Of a stretch of DNA of 64,000 nucleotides, positions 31,015-40,437 are shown in pieces. A model generated the notes under the pieces. The model was not told the origin of the DNA. It searched no databases and worked only from the letters and a program-made list of their open reading frames with translations. Position numbers and translations under genes: made by a program. Position 1 is the stretch's first letter; every line of letters starts with the position of its first letter. Origin of the DNA: Porphyromonadaceae bacterium (GTDB lineage Bacteria > Bacteroidota > Bacteroidia > Bacteroidales > Dysgonomonadaceae). The stretch is taken from assembly GCA_021372865.1 (NCBI GenBank), contig JAJFTO010000009.1, positions 22,998 to 86,997 of the forward strand, written 5' to 3'.

Positions 31015-31045
31015 CAAAGTAACAGCAAAATATTTTACCGGCAAA
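31015..31045 (-). promoter_or_regulatory. Likely promoter of the leu-ilv superoperon
   Basis: Minus strand TTTG-N19-TTACTTTG, one mismatch to TAnnTTTG. Confidence 0.55.
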
Positions 31046-31239
31046 ATATTTTCTGGAAAATCTTCAAAAATATTTCATTTTAGTTCGTTTTTCACCAAAA
31101 TATCGCCAAATCGAAATTATTTGGTGGTCCGCCGCTTTTTTCTGTTACGGGAGGTCTGTTTAAAGCCATTTCCAATTCCATTACAAATATAACCAACAAT
31201 CATGCTAAATAATTGTTCGGGAGATGTTATTTTTGTGAC

Positions 31240-32211
31240 ATGTTTTTACACAGCGACGAATTGACAGAGAGAATGAATAAAGCGGGACAGATTGGAAAAG
31301 CTTTTCTGTTTGGCATTGATTTTGAAATGGAAGAAAGTTTTTTTCTGACCGATCCAATGGCGCAACAGGAAATTCTTTTCGACTTCCGTGGTAGAAGCAA
31401 TGTTCCGCGGCGGTCTTACAAAATACCTTCGCATCACTTTGAAGCTTTTCCTGAGGATTACGACACCTATCAGTCACGTTTCGAGACAGTGATGGATGGA
31501 TTGAAACGAGGTGATTCCTATCTTACCAACCTCACCATCAGAACGCCGGTCGCCACGTCTCTCCCGTTACGGGATATCTTTCTGTATGCACGTACGCCCT
31601 ACAGGCTCTTTCTACCCGGCAGGTTTGTCTGTTTTTCTCCGGAGTGCTTTGTACGAATGGAAAAAGGGAAAATCTTCACCTTCCCCATGAAGGGTACCAT
31701 TGACGCCCGCCTACCCGATGCGGCTCAGGTTATTTTGTGCGACACCAAGGAGACAGCAGAGCACAACACCATTGTAGATCTGATGCGAAACGACCTGAGT
31801 CGCATAGCCACAGGAGTGAAAGTAAACCGATTCCGCTACATTGAGGAGTTACATACCCACAACGGCCCCATCCTGCAGGTCAGTTCCGAAATAGAAGGCG
31901 AGTTGCCGGCAGACTATCTTCAGCAGGTTGGTACCCTTTTCTTCGAACTGCTTCCTGCCGGTTCCGTTTCCGGAGCTCCCAAAGCCGCCACGCTCGCTCT
32001 TATTCGTACGGCCGAGAAAGAAAGACGTAGTTTTTATACCGGCGTGGCCGGTTATTTTGATGGCAGCAATCTCGATGCCTGTGTACTGATAAGATACATC
32101 GAGCAAAAGGACGCGCATCACTACTTTAGCAGTGGTGGGGGAATTACAGCACAAAGTGACTGCCGCAAAGAGTACGATGAAGCCCTCAGGAAAATCTATT
32201 TGCCATTTTAA
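31240..32211 (+). CDS. pabB: Aminodeoxychorismate synthase component I
   Basis: GDSYLTNLT, FSPECF, PMKGTI, EHNTIVDLMRNDL, PAGSVSGAPK, SGGGIT. Confidence 0.9.
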   Translation: MFLHSDELTERMNKAGQIGKAFLFGIDFEMEESFFLTDPMAQQEILFDFRGRSNVPRRSYKIPSHHFEAFPEDYDTYQSRFETVMDGLKRGDSYLTNLTIRTPVATSLPLRDIFLYARTPYRLFLPGRFVCFSPECFVRMEKGKIFTFPMKGTIDARLPDAAQVILCDTKETAEHNTIVDLMRNDLSRIATGVKVNRFRYIEELHTHNGPILQVSSEIEGELPADYLQQVGTLFFELLPAGSVSGAPKAATLALIRTAEKERRSFYTGVAGYFDGSNLDACVLIRYIEQKDAHHYFSSGGGITAQSDCRKEYDEALRKIYLPF

Positions 32212-32223
32212 TCAGATTAAAAT

Positions 32224-32814
32224 ATGTTTCTCGAAACCCTATGCATAGACCATGGCGAAGTGCTCAACATAGACGGGCATATCAACCGTATGCAGCGTAC
32301 TGCAATTCATTTCGGATTTCAGGCACCCGCCCTGCCCGACTTGTCCAGCCTGCTTCACGCCTCACTCCTCGATACAAAAGTGAAATGCCGCATCCTGTAT
32401 CGACAGACCTTGTTGGATATCTCGTTTGAGAGATACCAGCCCAAAAGTGTGAGGTCGTTACAGCTGGTGGAGGCTGTACCCGATTATCTTTTCAAATATG
32501 CCGACAGAGAAGAGCTTACTTCCCTGCTGAAACATAAAGGAAAAGCCGACGAGATTCTGATTACCCGCAACGGCCTCATCACCGACACCACTTTCAGCAA
32601 CGTGGTCTTACGCCAGGGAGACCTGTTTTTCACACCGGACAGCTGGCTGCTCAACGGCACCAAACGGCAGAAGCTGCTCCGTGAGGGCATCATCACCGAA
32701 AGAAGAATCACCCGGGAGACATTGCATGAATATGAGTCGGTTTACCTTATCAACGCCATGCTCGATATTGACGACGCAGTACCCATACCGGTAAGTTCAA
32801 TTTTTCCATTGTAA
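32224..32814 (+). CDS. pabC: Aminotransferase class IV, probable 4-amino-4-deoxychorismate lyase
   Basis: FLETL, KYADRE, ITDTTFSNV, LLNGTKRQ; follows pabB. Confidence 0.75.
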   Translation: MFLETLCIDHGEVLNIDGHINRMQRTAIHFGFQAPALPDLSSLLHASLLDTKVKCRILYRQTLLDISFERYQPKSVRSLQLVEAVPDYLFKYADREELTSLLKHKGKADEILITRNGLITDTTFSNVVLRQGDLFFTPDSWLLNGTKRQKLLREGIITERRITRETLHEYESVYLINAMLDIDDAVPIPVSSIFPL

Positions 32815-32939
32815 CTAAGACAGCCTCCTGGACAAAAGCCACGCAGACTAATTCCCGTCTCTTCTGTAAATGTCGTATTATCAAGCATTCGTATAACAGC
32901 CTCGGGTACAACATCATTCAGACATTTGACGTTTATACT

Positions 32940-32975
32940 AAAAAAAACGGCCCTCCCCTACAGAGAGAACCGTTA
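32940..32975 (-). terminator. Terminator of the nqr operon
   Basis: Minus strand AACGGUUCUCUC...GGGAGGGCCGUU plus U-run. Confidence 0.75.
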
Positions 32976-32980
32976 AAATC

Positions 32981-33040
32981 TTCTTGCCAGCCGCTGTCTT
33001 CAACAACCTTCGACTACCGAAGCTGAATCCTGAATCCTGT
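32981..33040 (-). repeat. Dispersed core+heptamer repeat, copy after nqrF
   Basis: TTCTTGCCAGC...ACCGAAGCTGAATCCTGAATCCTG aligns with 24246-24305. Confidence 0.85.
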
Positions 33041-34315
33041 TTATCCAAAATCATCAAACATAATCATTTCAGGCGGTACTCCCAGGCTGTCGAGCATGCG
33101 CTTTGCAGCATTGGCCATGGGGCCGGGACCGCACATATAATATTCGATATCTTCCGGAGCATCATGATCTTTCAGATAGGTATCGTAGATCACCTGGTGC
33201 ACAAAACCCGGTGTATATTTCACCCCGGCAGCATCGGCAGCCGGATCGGGACGGTCGAGTGCGAGACGGAAGCTGAAGTTCGGGAATTCTCTTTCCAGTT
33301 CATAAAAATCTTCCAGATAGAAAGCTTCTACCAAAGCCCTTGCACCATAGAAGTAAGTCATCTTCCTGTCGGTGGTCTTCAGTGTCTTGGTCATGTGCAT
33401 GATCTGAGAGCGTAACGGAGCCATACCGGCGCCTCCTCCAATCCAGAGCATCTCACGCTTACTGTCGAAGATAGGGTGGAACTCGCCATAGGGGCCCGAC
33501 ATCATCACCTTGTCGCCTGGTTTCAGGTTGAAGATATAGGAGGAGACAATGCCCGGATTCACGTTCATCCATCCCCCCTTGACTTTGTCAAACGGTGGCG
33601 TGGCCACACGCACATTCAATGTGATGATGTTTCCTTCGGCAGGATAGTTGGCCATTGAATAGGCGCGAACGGTGTATTCCTCGTTCTTGCATACCAGATC
33701 CCACATTTTAAATTTATCCCAGTCACCTTTATATTCGTCTTCGATCATAAAATCTGAATATTTGATGGCATCGAATTTGGGCACCCTGATCTGACTGTAA
33801 GATCCCGGTTTGAAATCGATCTTCTCCCCTTCAGGTAGTTTTACCACAAACTCTTTGATGAACGATGCCACGTTTTTGTTCGAGATGACTTCGCATTCCC
33901 ACTCCTTGATACCAAAGACCTCGTCGGGAACGATGATCGACATATTGTCCTTCACCTTCACCTGACAACTCAGTCGCCAGTTGTTCAACTGTTCCTTGCG
34001 GCTGAAATGGCCCTTCTCGGTCGACAGTATCTCACCGCCACCTTCCTCTACACGACAACGGCACTGTCCACAGGTACCTCCGCCTCCGCAAGCCGATGAA
34101 AGAAAGATGTCCTTCGACTGTAACGTGTTGAGCAGGGTGCTTCCCATCGGCACACTCAGTTCTCTATCATTATTTACGGTAATCTTCACGTTGCCCGAGG
34201 GCAACAGCTTTGCCTTGGCGATCAGAATAATAACAACAAGAACGAGGATAATCAACAGAAATACAATGACACTTGTCCATATTGTTAGTCCGCCAGCGCT
34301 CAATAATACGCTCAT
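33041..34315 (-). CDS. nqrF: Na(+)-translocating NADH:quinone reductase subunit F
   Basis: SACGGGGTCGQC 2Fe-2S motif, RAYSMAN, GGGAGMAP, YYMCGP, FDDFG. Confidence 0.96.
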   Translation of the reverse strand: MSVLLSAGGLTIWTSVIVFLLIILVLVVIILIAKAKLLPSGNVKITVNNDRELSVPMGSTLLNTLQSKDIFLSSACGGGGTCGQCRCRVEEGGGEILSTEKGHFSRKEQLNNWRLSCQVKVKDNMSIIVPDEVFGIKEWECEVISNKNVASFIKEFVVKLPEGEKIDFKPGSYSQIRVPKFDAIKYSDFMIEDEYKGDWDKFKMWDLVCKNEEYTVRAYSMANYPAEGNIITLNVRVATPPFDKVKGGWMNVNPGIVSSYIFNLKPGDKVMMSGPYGEFHPIFDSKREMLWIGGGAGMAPLRSQIMHMTKTLKTTDRKMTYFYGARALVEAFYLEDFYELEREFPNFSFRLALDRPDPAADAAGVKYTPGFVHQVIYDTYLKDHDAPEDIEYYMCGPGPMANAAKRMLDSLGVPPEMIMFDDFG

Positions 34316-34363
34316 ACTTATGTGTTTAATTTATTTGTATACGATGTTAATGTCTGCGTGGAA

Positions 34364-34978
34364 TTAAATATTAATTCCGGAAAAACTCATAAATCCGAGA
34401 GCCATCAATGCAGTGGTGATAAAGGTAATTCCCAACCCTTTTAATGGTTTTGGTACGTTTGAATATTCCAGTTTCTCGCGGATGGCCGCCATCCCAACGA
34501 TGGCCAGCATCCAGCCGATGCCCGATCCAAAGCTATATGCTGTAGCCATACCGATGTTGGCAAATTCACGTTGTTGCATAAACAAAGATCCTCCGAGGAT
34601 GGCACAGTTCACAGCGATCAACGGAAGGAAGATACCCAACGATGCGTAGAGGGCCGGACTGAACCGTTCAACCACCATCTCCACAAGCTGCGTAAATGAG
34701 GCAATCACGGCGATGAAGATCAGCAAACTGAAAACACTCAGGTCTACCGTAGCAAACTCCTCGCCCAGCCATGCCAAAGCACCTGCTTTGAGTACATAGT
34801 TTTCAAGTAAATAATTAATAGGTAATGTCAAAACAAGTACGAAAGTAACTGCAATACCCAGCCCCAGTGCTGTTTTCACATTTTTCGATACCGCCAGGAA
34901 AGAACACATTCCCAGGAAGTAGGCGAAAATCATGTTATCGACGAAAATCGACCGGACAATTAAACTAATTGCATCCAT
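34364..34978 (-). CDS. nqrE: NQR subunit E
   Basis: [24 protein letters not shown]. Confidence 0.95.
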   Translation of the reverse strand: MDAISLIVRSIFVDNMIFAYFLGMCSFLAVSKNVKTALGLGIAVTFVLVLTLPINYLLENYVLKAGALAWLGEEFATVDLSVFSLLIFIAVIASFTQLVEMVVERFSPALYASLGIFLPLIAVNCAILGGSLFMQQREFANIGMATAYSFGSGIGWMLAIVGMAAIREKLEYSNVPKPLKGLGITFITTALMALGFMSFSGINI

Positions 34979-34980
34979 AT

Positions 34981-35186
34981 ATTCGGTTGTTATTCAGTTG
35001 TTATTCAAATTTACTGCTTAAATTTAGATGTTTTCAACGTTCGGCAAATTCAATCTTTTTTGATTTGCACTCACTCATCGAAAACATTCGGTTGTTATTC
35101 GGTTGTTATTCGGTTGTTATTTAATTGTTATGCGCGAAGCGCGAATAACGTGAACGTAGTAAACCAATAACGCGAAGCGAATAACT
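34981..35186. repeat. 11-mer ATTCGGTTGTT arrays plus inverted CGAATAAC elements in the nqrD-nqrE spacer
   Basis: 2 units at 34981-35002 and 4 units at 35086-35129; CGCGAAGCG..AATAAC occurs twice in 35133-35185. Confidence 0.85.
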
Positions 35187-35192
35187 ATAAAA

Positions 35193-35825
35193 TTAATTGT
35201 TTTCTTCCTGGAGCTCCTTGTTGTTTGCCCGATGTATCCAGATGATACAAGCCACAAGCAGGATGGCCATCGGCGCAAGCATCATAAGGCCATTATTTTC
35301 ATATCCTGCATCATAGAACGACTGTGGAATCACCTTGTGTCCCATCAGCGAGCCGGAGCCCAGCAATTCACGGAAAAATCCTACCACCACCAAAATCCAA
35401 CCATAGCCCAGCCCATTCCCTATACCATCGAGAAAAGAGGGCCAGGGGCCATTACCCAGTGCAAAAGCTTCGAGGCGTCCCATCAGAATACAGTTGGTAA
35501 CAATCAGTCCTACGAATACCGACAGCTGTTTGTTTACCTCATAAGAATATGCTTTCAGCACCTCACTCACGATGGTCACCAGCGCAGCAGCCACTACCAG
35601 CTGAACGATGATACGGATTCGATTGGGTATGGTTTTTCGAAGCAGCGATATAATCACATTGGCGAATGCCACCACAATGGTTACTGATATTGCCATCACC
35701 AACGCGGGTTCAAGCTTGGAGGTTACCGCCAGTGCCGAACAGATACCAAGTACCTGTACGATGATGGGGTTGTTTTTATTAAGCGGCCCCAGCAATACCG
35801 CTTTTGTTTTACTTGATAAAGCCAT
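35193..35825 (-). CDS. nqrD: NQR subunit D
   Basis: NNPIIVQVLGICSALAVT, VGLIVTNCILMGR. Confidence 0.95.
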   Translation of the reverse strand: MALSSKTKAVLLGPLNKNNPIIVQVLGICSALAVTSKLEPALVMAISVTIVVAFANVIISLLRKTIPNRIRIIVQLVVAAALVTIVSEVLKAYSYEVNKQLSVFVGLIVTNCILMGRLEAFALGNGPWPSFLDGIGNGLGYGWILVVVGFFRELLGSGSLMGHKVIPQSFYDAGYENNGLMMLAPMAILLVACIIWIHRANNKELQEENN

Positions 35826-35852
35826 TTTCATTCTGTTTTATGTCGTCTGTCC

Positions 35853-36563
35853 CTATTGGACAGTCTGTAAGTTCGTCAAAAAACTTTTGTACTCTCCTAC
35901 ACTGTTGAGCAGCATCTTGTCCACACCCTGACTGGTGATGGTGCCACCCGAGATGCCGTCCACATAATCGCGGTTGGCAACCGACCTGCCAGGTTTTACT
36001 ACTGCTACGGAAACGAAATTTCCTTCTTTAAACAGCTTCTTACCTATAAACTGCTTCCTGAACGCAGGTGTCACGATCTCGGCACCCAGTCCGGGGGTCT
36101 CACTCGCGTGTCCGAATTCAGAACCATAGACCGTACTGCCATCAGCCTCCACTGCCAGATATCCCCAGATGGGACCCCACAGCCCGGCTCCCCGCATCGG
36201 AAGCACAAACACCTGTTTTCCACCAACGAGTGCTTCATATACCGGTAAACCCCGGACATCATCACTGCCCAACTCTGTGGAGAATGCAGGATCATTGGGC
36301 GTAGTGCCCTCAGTACCTTCAATTTTTGCGCCCTTGTTATCAACAAGGTAAGCATTTTTTACCAATGAATCATACTGTGCCTGTGCTTCGTTGGTACTTG
36401 CGTCGATATTGAGGGAACGCAGTATCTGCTGCATCTTGTCGATATTCACATTGGCTGTCTGCTTCTCGATCAGCATCTGATGGGTGAAAGCCAGCCCAAG
36501 TGCCACGATAATTACCATTACCGCTGCATATATAATTGTGTATCCACTGTTTTCTCTGTTCAT
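35853..36563 (-). CDS. nqrC: NQR subunit C
   Basis: GAGLWGPIWG, ETPGLG, FMN site VDGISGGTITS. Confidence 0.93.
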   Translation of the reverse strand: MNRENSGYTIIYAAVMVIIVALGLAFTHQMLIEKQTANVNIDKMQQILRSLNIDASTNEAQAQYDSLVKNAYLVDNKGAKIEGTEGTTPNDPAFSTELGSDDVRGLPVYEALVGGKQVFVLPMRGAGLWGPIWGYLAVEADGSTVYGSEFGHASETPGLGAEIVTPAFRKQFIGKKLFKEGNFVSVAVVKPGRSVANRDYVDGISGGTITSQGVDKMLLNSVGEYKSFLTNLQTVQ

Positions 36564-36671
36564 AATTCTATTGTTATCCAAATTAACTTCCTCTTTTATC
36601 GCGATTCTTCAGCATCCTGTAGTGATATGCACGGCGTAACCTGACTGAAGAAGCTCGCGTAACGAATAACT

Positions 36672-37880
36672 TTATTTTGACGGGGTTGCTCTTTTCAGAC
36701 GTCGTTTGATGTTGCCATCGATCACATAAAAATCAATGAGCGGTGCAAACGCATTCATAAACAGGATAGCAAGCATCATACCCTCCGGATAGCCGGGGTT
36801 GAACACCCGGATGGTAATGGCCAGCAATCCGATCAGAAAGCCATAGATCCATTTCCCCCTTTCAGTACGGGCCGAAGTCACCGGATCGGTCGCCATGAAG
36901 ACGGCACCAAAAGCAAATCCGCCCAGCAGAAAATGATATTGTGCCGGCATTTCCATGATCGCATTTTGTGCAAAAAGATTTACCACTGCTACTGCCACAG
37001 CGCCTCCCAGGAACACCGAAAGCATGGTTTTCCAACTTCCCACACCCGTCATGATAAGAAGGATGGCACCCAGAAGGATGGCAAAAGTAGAAACCTCACC
37101 AACAGATCCAGGAATAAAACCGAAGAACATGTCGCTGATGCTCAATGGTTGACCAGTAATACCCTGAAAGGTAAACTCCCCGAAGCTGCCCGCTCCGGTG
37201 GTGGCTATCTGTCCCAGGGGTGTAGCACCCGAAAAGCCGTCAATCACGGTTCCCTTACCCATGCCAAAGGTGTCTGCAGTGCGGACCCAAACCTGGTCGC
37301 CCGACATCTTCGAGGGATAGGAGAAAAACAAAAAGGCACGTGTAATCAACGCCACGTTAAAAATATTGTAACCTGTTCCGCCAAAGACCTCTTTGGCAAA
37401 GATTACTGCAAAAGCAGTCGCTACGGCAATCATCCAGAGCGGCGTATCTACCGGCACGATCATCGGAATGAGGATGCCGGTCACCAGAAACCCTTCTGCA
37501 ACCTCTTCCTTTCTGATCTGGGCAATAATAAATTCAATACCCAGTCCCACTACGTAAGATACCACGATCTGAGGCAATACTGCCAGAAAACCATAGATAA
37601 ACTTCGTAAGGAGGGAAACTTCCAGCCCCAAGGCCATATAATGTTGCAGTCCCACGTTGTACATACCCATTAGCAGGGCAGGTATCAGTGCGACGATGAC
37701 GAGGGTCATTGTGCGTTTCGAGTCACGGGCATCGTGAATATGCACTCCCGATCTCGATGTACTGTTGGGCACGAAAAGGAAAGTCTCAAATGCATCGAAG
37801 GTAGAATGCAGCCAATGCAGTTTACCGCCCTCCTCGAAATTCGGTTTTATCTTATCAAGATATTTTCTTAACGCTTTCAA
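36672..37880 (-). CDS. nqrB: NQR subunit B
   Basis: KEVFGGTG, FMN site SGATPL, FMATDPV; TTG start. Confidence 0.95.
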   Translation of the reverse strand: MKALRKYLDKIKPNFEEGGKLHWLHSTFDAFETFLFVPNSTSRSGVHIHDARDSKRTMTLVIVALIPALLMGMYNVGLQHYMALGLEVSLLTKFIYGFLAVLPQIVVSYVVGLGIEFIIAQIRKEEVAEGFLVTGILIPMIVPVDTPLWMIAVATAFAVIFAKEVFGGTGYNIFNVALITRAFLFFSYPSKMSGDQVWVRTADTFGMGKGTVIDGFSGATPLGQIATTGAGSFGEFTFQGITGQPLSISDMFFGFIPGSVGEVSTFAILLGAILLIMTGVGSWKTMLSVFLGGAVAVAVVNLFAQNAIMEMPAQYHFLLGGFAFGAVFMATDPVTSARTERGKWIYGFLIGLLAITIRVFNPGYPEGMMLAILFMNAFAPLIDFYVIDGNIKRRLKRATPSK

Positions 37881-37928
37881 AGTGCTATGTTTTAGTTGTT
37901 ATTATTCGATTAAGACCGTCTCTTCATA

Positions 37929-39275
37929 TTATTCCATCTCCTTGCGAAGCAGGTCCAGTCCGGTACGCACGATGCGTTGCAACTCAAGCTTGGAAGTATC
38001 CACGAACTCGCAGAGCGCAAAATCCTCGGGTGCCACCTCATAAATACCCAGTTGTTCCATCTTGTCGATGTTAAATGCGATGATGGCCTTGATCAGCTGC
38101 TCAGGATAAATATCCATGGGGAATACCTTGTCGTATTCGTTCGAAACGATGATGGCTCTCGGACCACCCATCAGACGGGCATCGAGACGGAATTTCTTAC
38201 GAAAGGGCAGGTAAGTGGCGCCGGCACTGTAACGTTTCGGAGAGAGCGATGCCCACCCAAAAGCCTCGTGTATGTCGTCCCCTTCGGGAATCACCGTCAC
38301 CTGAGAATCATAAGCACGCAACTCTCCGTTGCCGTCAATCTTGCGTCCTGTGAGCGGATTTCCACTTATATAGCGCAGCGATATACCTTCGGTCACATTT
38401 TTCTCAAAAATCTGTTTCAGTTCGGTACCGATCACCATATTGTAATATCCTCTCTGCATCACTTCCGAACCGGTAAGTGCCACGGTGCGGGTAAGATCAG
38501 TAATTCCCTTGTTGAAGAGGCGACCAATAATGGCAACATCAACAGCATTGAGTGTCCACACTGTTTCTCCCCGGTTCACCGGCTTGATATGATTGATCTG
38601 CACGCCCACATTTCCTGCAGGATGTGGTCCGTTAAATTCGGAGATGGTCACATTCTTTGCATCGAGCAAACCTTTGAGTGTGGTTTTGCTGCTTACGGAA
38701 AGATACACCTTCCCTGTGGTAAGTTTTGCCAGGGCATCGAGCCCTGTCTGCAAATCGGCCTCCTTATCCTTCAGCAGAAAATCGTATGAGGCAGCCAGCG
38801 GCGCTGTATCAAAACCGGTCACGAATATATCCCGGGGTCCCTTGTCGGGTGATGCCACCACATCGTATGGACGTTGTTTGATCAGAAACCAGATGCCGGC
38901 ATTCAGAATCGACTTTTTCACCTCCTCACCCGAGAGTGAAGCCACCTGCTTTGCTCCGAAATCTTCATACTGCTCGTTGCTGTCTGTTTTGATGACAATG
39001 CGGAGAATGCGTCTTTTCTCTCCCCTCTCGATGGCATTCACCACGCCACTCACCGGCGAAGCAAAAAGCATATCGGGATGATTCTTCTCATAGAACAATG
39101 GGGTTCCGGCCTTCACAGCATCATCCACCTTGACAGCCAATTTGGGAGTGATACCATGAAAATCTTCGGGACAGATGCACACAAATTCACTTTTCACAGT
39201 GCCTTTGATGATCTCTTCTGCGGCACCAAGTAACGGAATTTGCAAGCCTTTCTTAATATTTATTCGGTTAGCCAT
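37929..39275 (-). CDS. nqrA: NQR subunit A
   Basis: IKKGLQIPL, GPHPAGNVG, EDFALCEFVDTSK. Confidence 0.95.
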   Translation of the reverse strand: MANRINIKKGLQIPLLGAAEEIIKGTVKSEFVCICPEDFHGITPKLAVKVDDAVKAGTPLFYEKNHPDMLFASPVSGVVNAIERGEKRRILRIVIKTDSNEQYEDFGAKQVASLSGEEVKKSILNAGIWFLIKQRPYDVVASPDKGPRDIFVTGFDTAPLAASYDFLLKDKEADLQTGLDALAKLTTGKVYLSVSSKTTLKGLLDAKNVTISEFNGPHPAGNVGVQINHIKPVNRGETVWTLNAVDVAIIGRLFNKGITDLTRTVALTGSEVMQRGYYNMVIGTELKQIFEKNVTEGISLRYISGNPLTGRKIDGNGELRAYDSQVTVIPEGDDIHEAFGWASLSPKRYSAGATYLPFRKKFRLDARLMGGPRAIIVSNEYDKVFPMDIYPEQLIKAIIAFNIDKMEQLGIYEVAPEDFALCEFVDTSKLELQRIVRTGLDLLRKEME

Positions 39276-39493
39276 ATAGTTTTATAAATTACCTTGGGTG
39301 TAATCTTATTCTGATACCTTTTTAAATAAAGATTTATTGTAAAGCTGTGATGTACACAGGAAATGTCATCCCATTTAAAACGCAAAGATATATTTTTGCT
39401 TCCAATAAAAGCAATTATTAGAGAAAAAATAAAGAAAAAAATCTTTAATTAAGAACGGATTCATCTATCCGTTTTCAGTTCCTGTTTTCAGTT

Positions 39494-40261
39494 TTATTTT
39501 TCCTCAACTCCTGCTGTCTCCGGGTCAACCATAATGCGGCCACAATATTCACAGACAATAATTTTCTTACCAAGCTTTATGTCCATCTGCTTCTGGGGCG
39601 GAATTTTATTGAAACATCCGCCGCAGGCGCTGCGCTGAATAGGCACCACACCCAGGCCGTTGCGCGCATTTTTGCGTATCCGCTTGAAGGCGGCCAGCAA
39701 ACGCGGTTCAATGGTAGTTTCCGTCTTTTTTGCCTTCTCGCGTAACTTTTCCTCCTGTGCCTTTGTTTCGGAAACAATGTCATCCAGCTCCTGCTTTTTC
39801 AGTTCCAGGTCGGCTGTCTTATCTTTCAGCAGCTCTCCGGCAGCTTCAATCTGTTCTTTGATAACAGCGGCTGCATGCCCGAATTCGCGGATGTGTTTCT
39901 CGGAAAGTTCTATTTCGAGTGTTTCAAACTCAATCTCCTTCGAAAGATGGTCATACTCTTTGCTGTTACGCACATTGTCGAGCTGTTTGGTGTACTTTTC
40001 AATTTTCGCTTTGCTGATTTCAATCTTCCCTTTTTGCAGTTTGCCGTCCTCATCCAGCTGTTTCAACTCCAGTTCAAAGTTGTTTATGCGCGTACCCAAC
40101 CCCGCAATCTCATCGTCGAGATCCGACACTTCCAGAGGTAACTCTCCCCGCAACGTCTTAATACGGTCAATTTCAGAGAGGTAAGACTGAAGCTTATAGA
40201 GAGACTTCAGTTTATCCTCAACGGACACTTCTTTTTCAACAGGTTTTTTCTTTGTTGCCAT
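39494..40261 (-). CDS. Coiled-coil protein with C4 zinc ribbon (DUF164-like)
   Basis: Long coiled coil; CGGC...CEYCGRI; follows nif3. Confidence 0.85.
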   Translation of the reverse strand: MATKKKPVEKEVSVEDKLKSLYKLQSYLSEIDRIKTLRGELPLEVSDLDDEIAGLGTRINNFELELKQLDEDGKLQKGKIEISKAKIEKYTKQLDNVRNSKEYDHLSKEIEFETLEIELSEKHIREFGHAAAVIKEQIEAAGELLKDKTADLELKKQELDDIVSETKAQEEKLREKAKKTETTIEPRLLAAFKRIRKNARNGLGVVPIQRSACGGCFNKIPPQKQMDIKLGKKIIVCEYCGRIMVDPETAGVEEK

Positions 40262-40437
40262 AATGGTTTTAATTTATGTGATAATATTTTCTTCCGATCA
40301 ATGCATCCGGCATCCTGAAATGTACACACGCAAACCTCATTGCCATGCTAACAAAAAATGCAGTAATCAAACGACCTTGTCATCGTTTCATTACCACATT
40401 TCTCTGTAACTGCGGGAACTAGTCGGACCGCTTCCTT

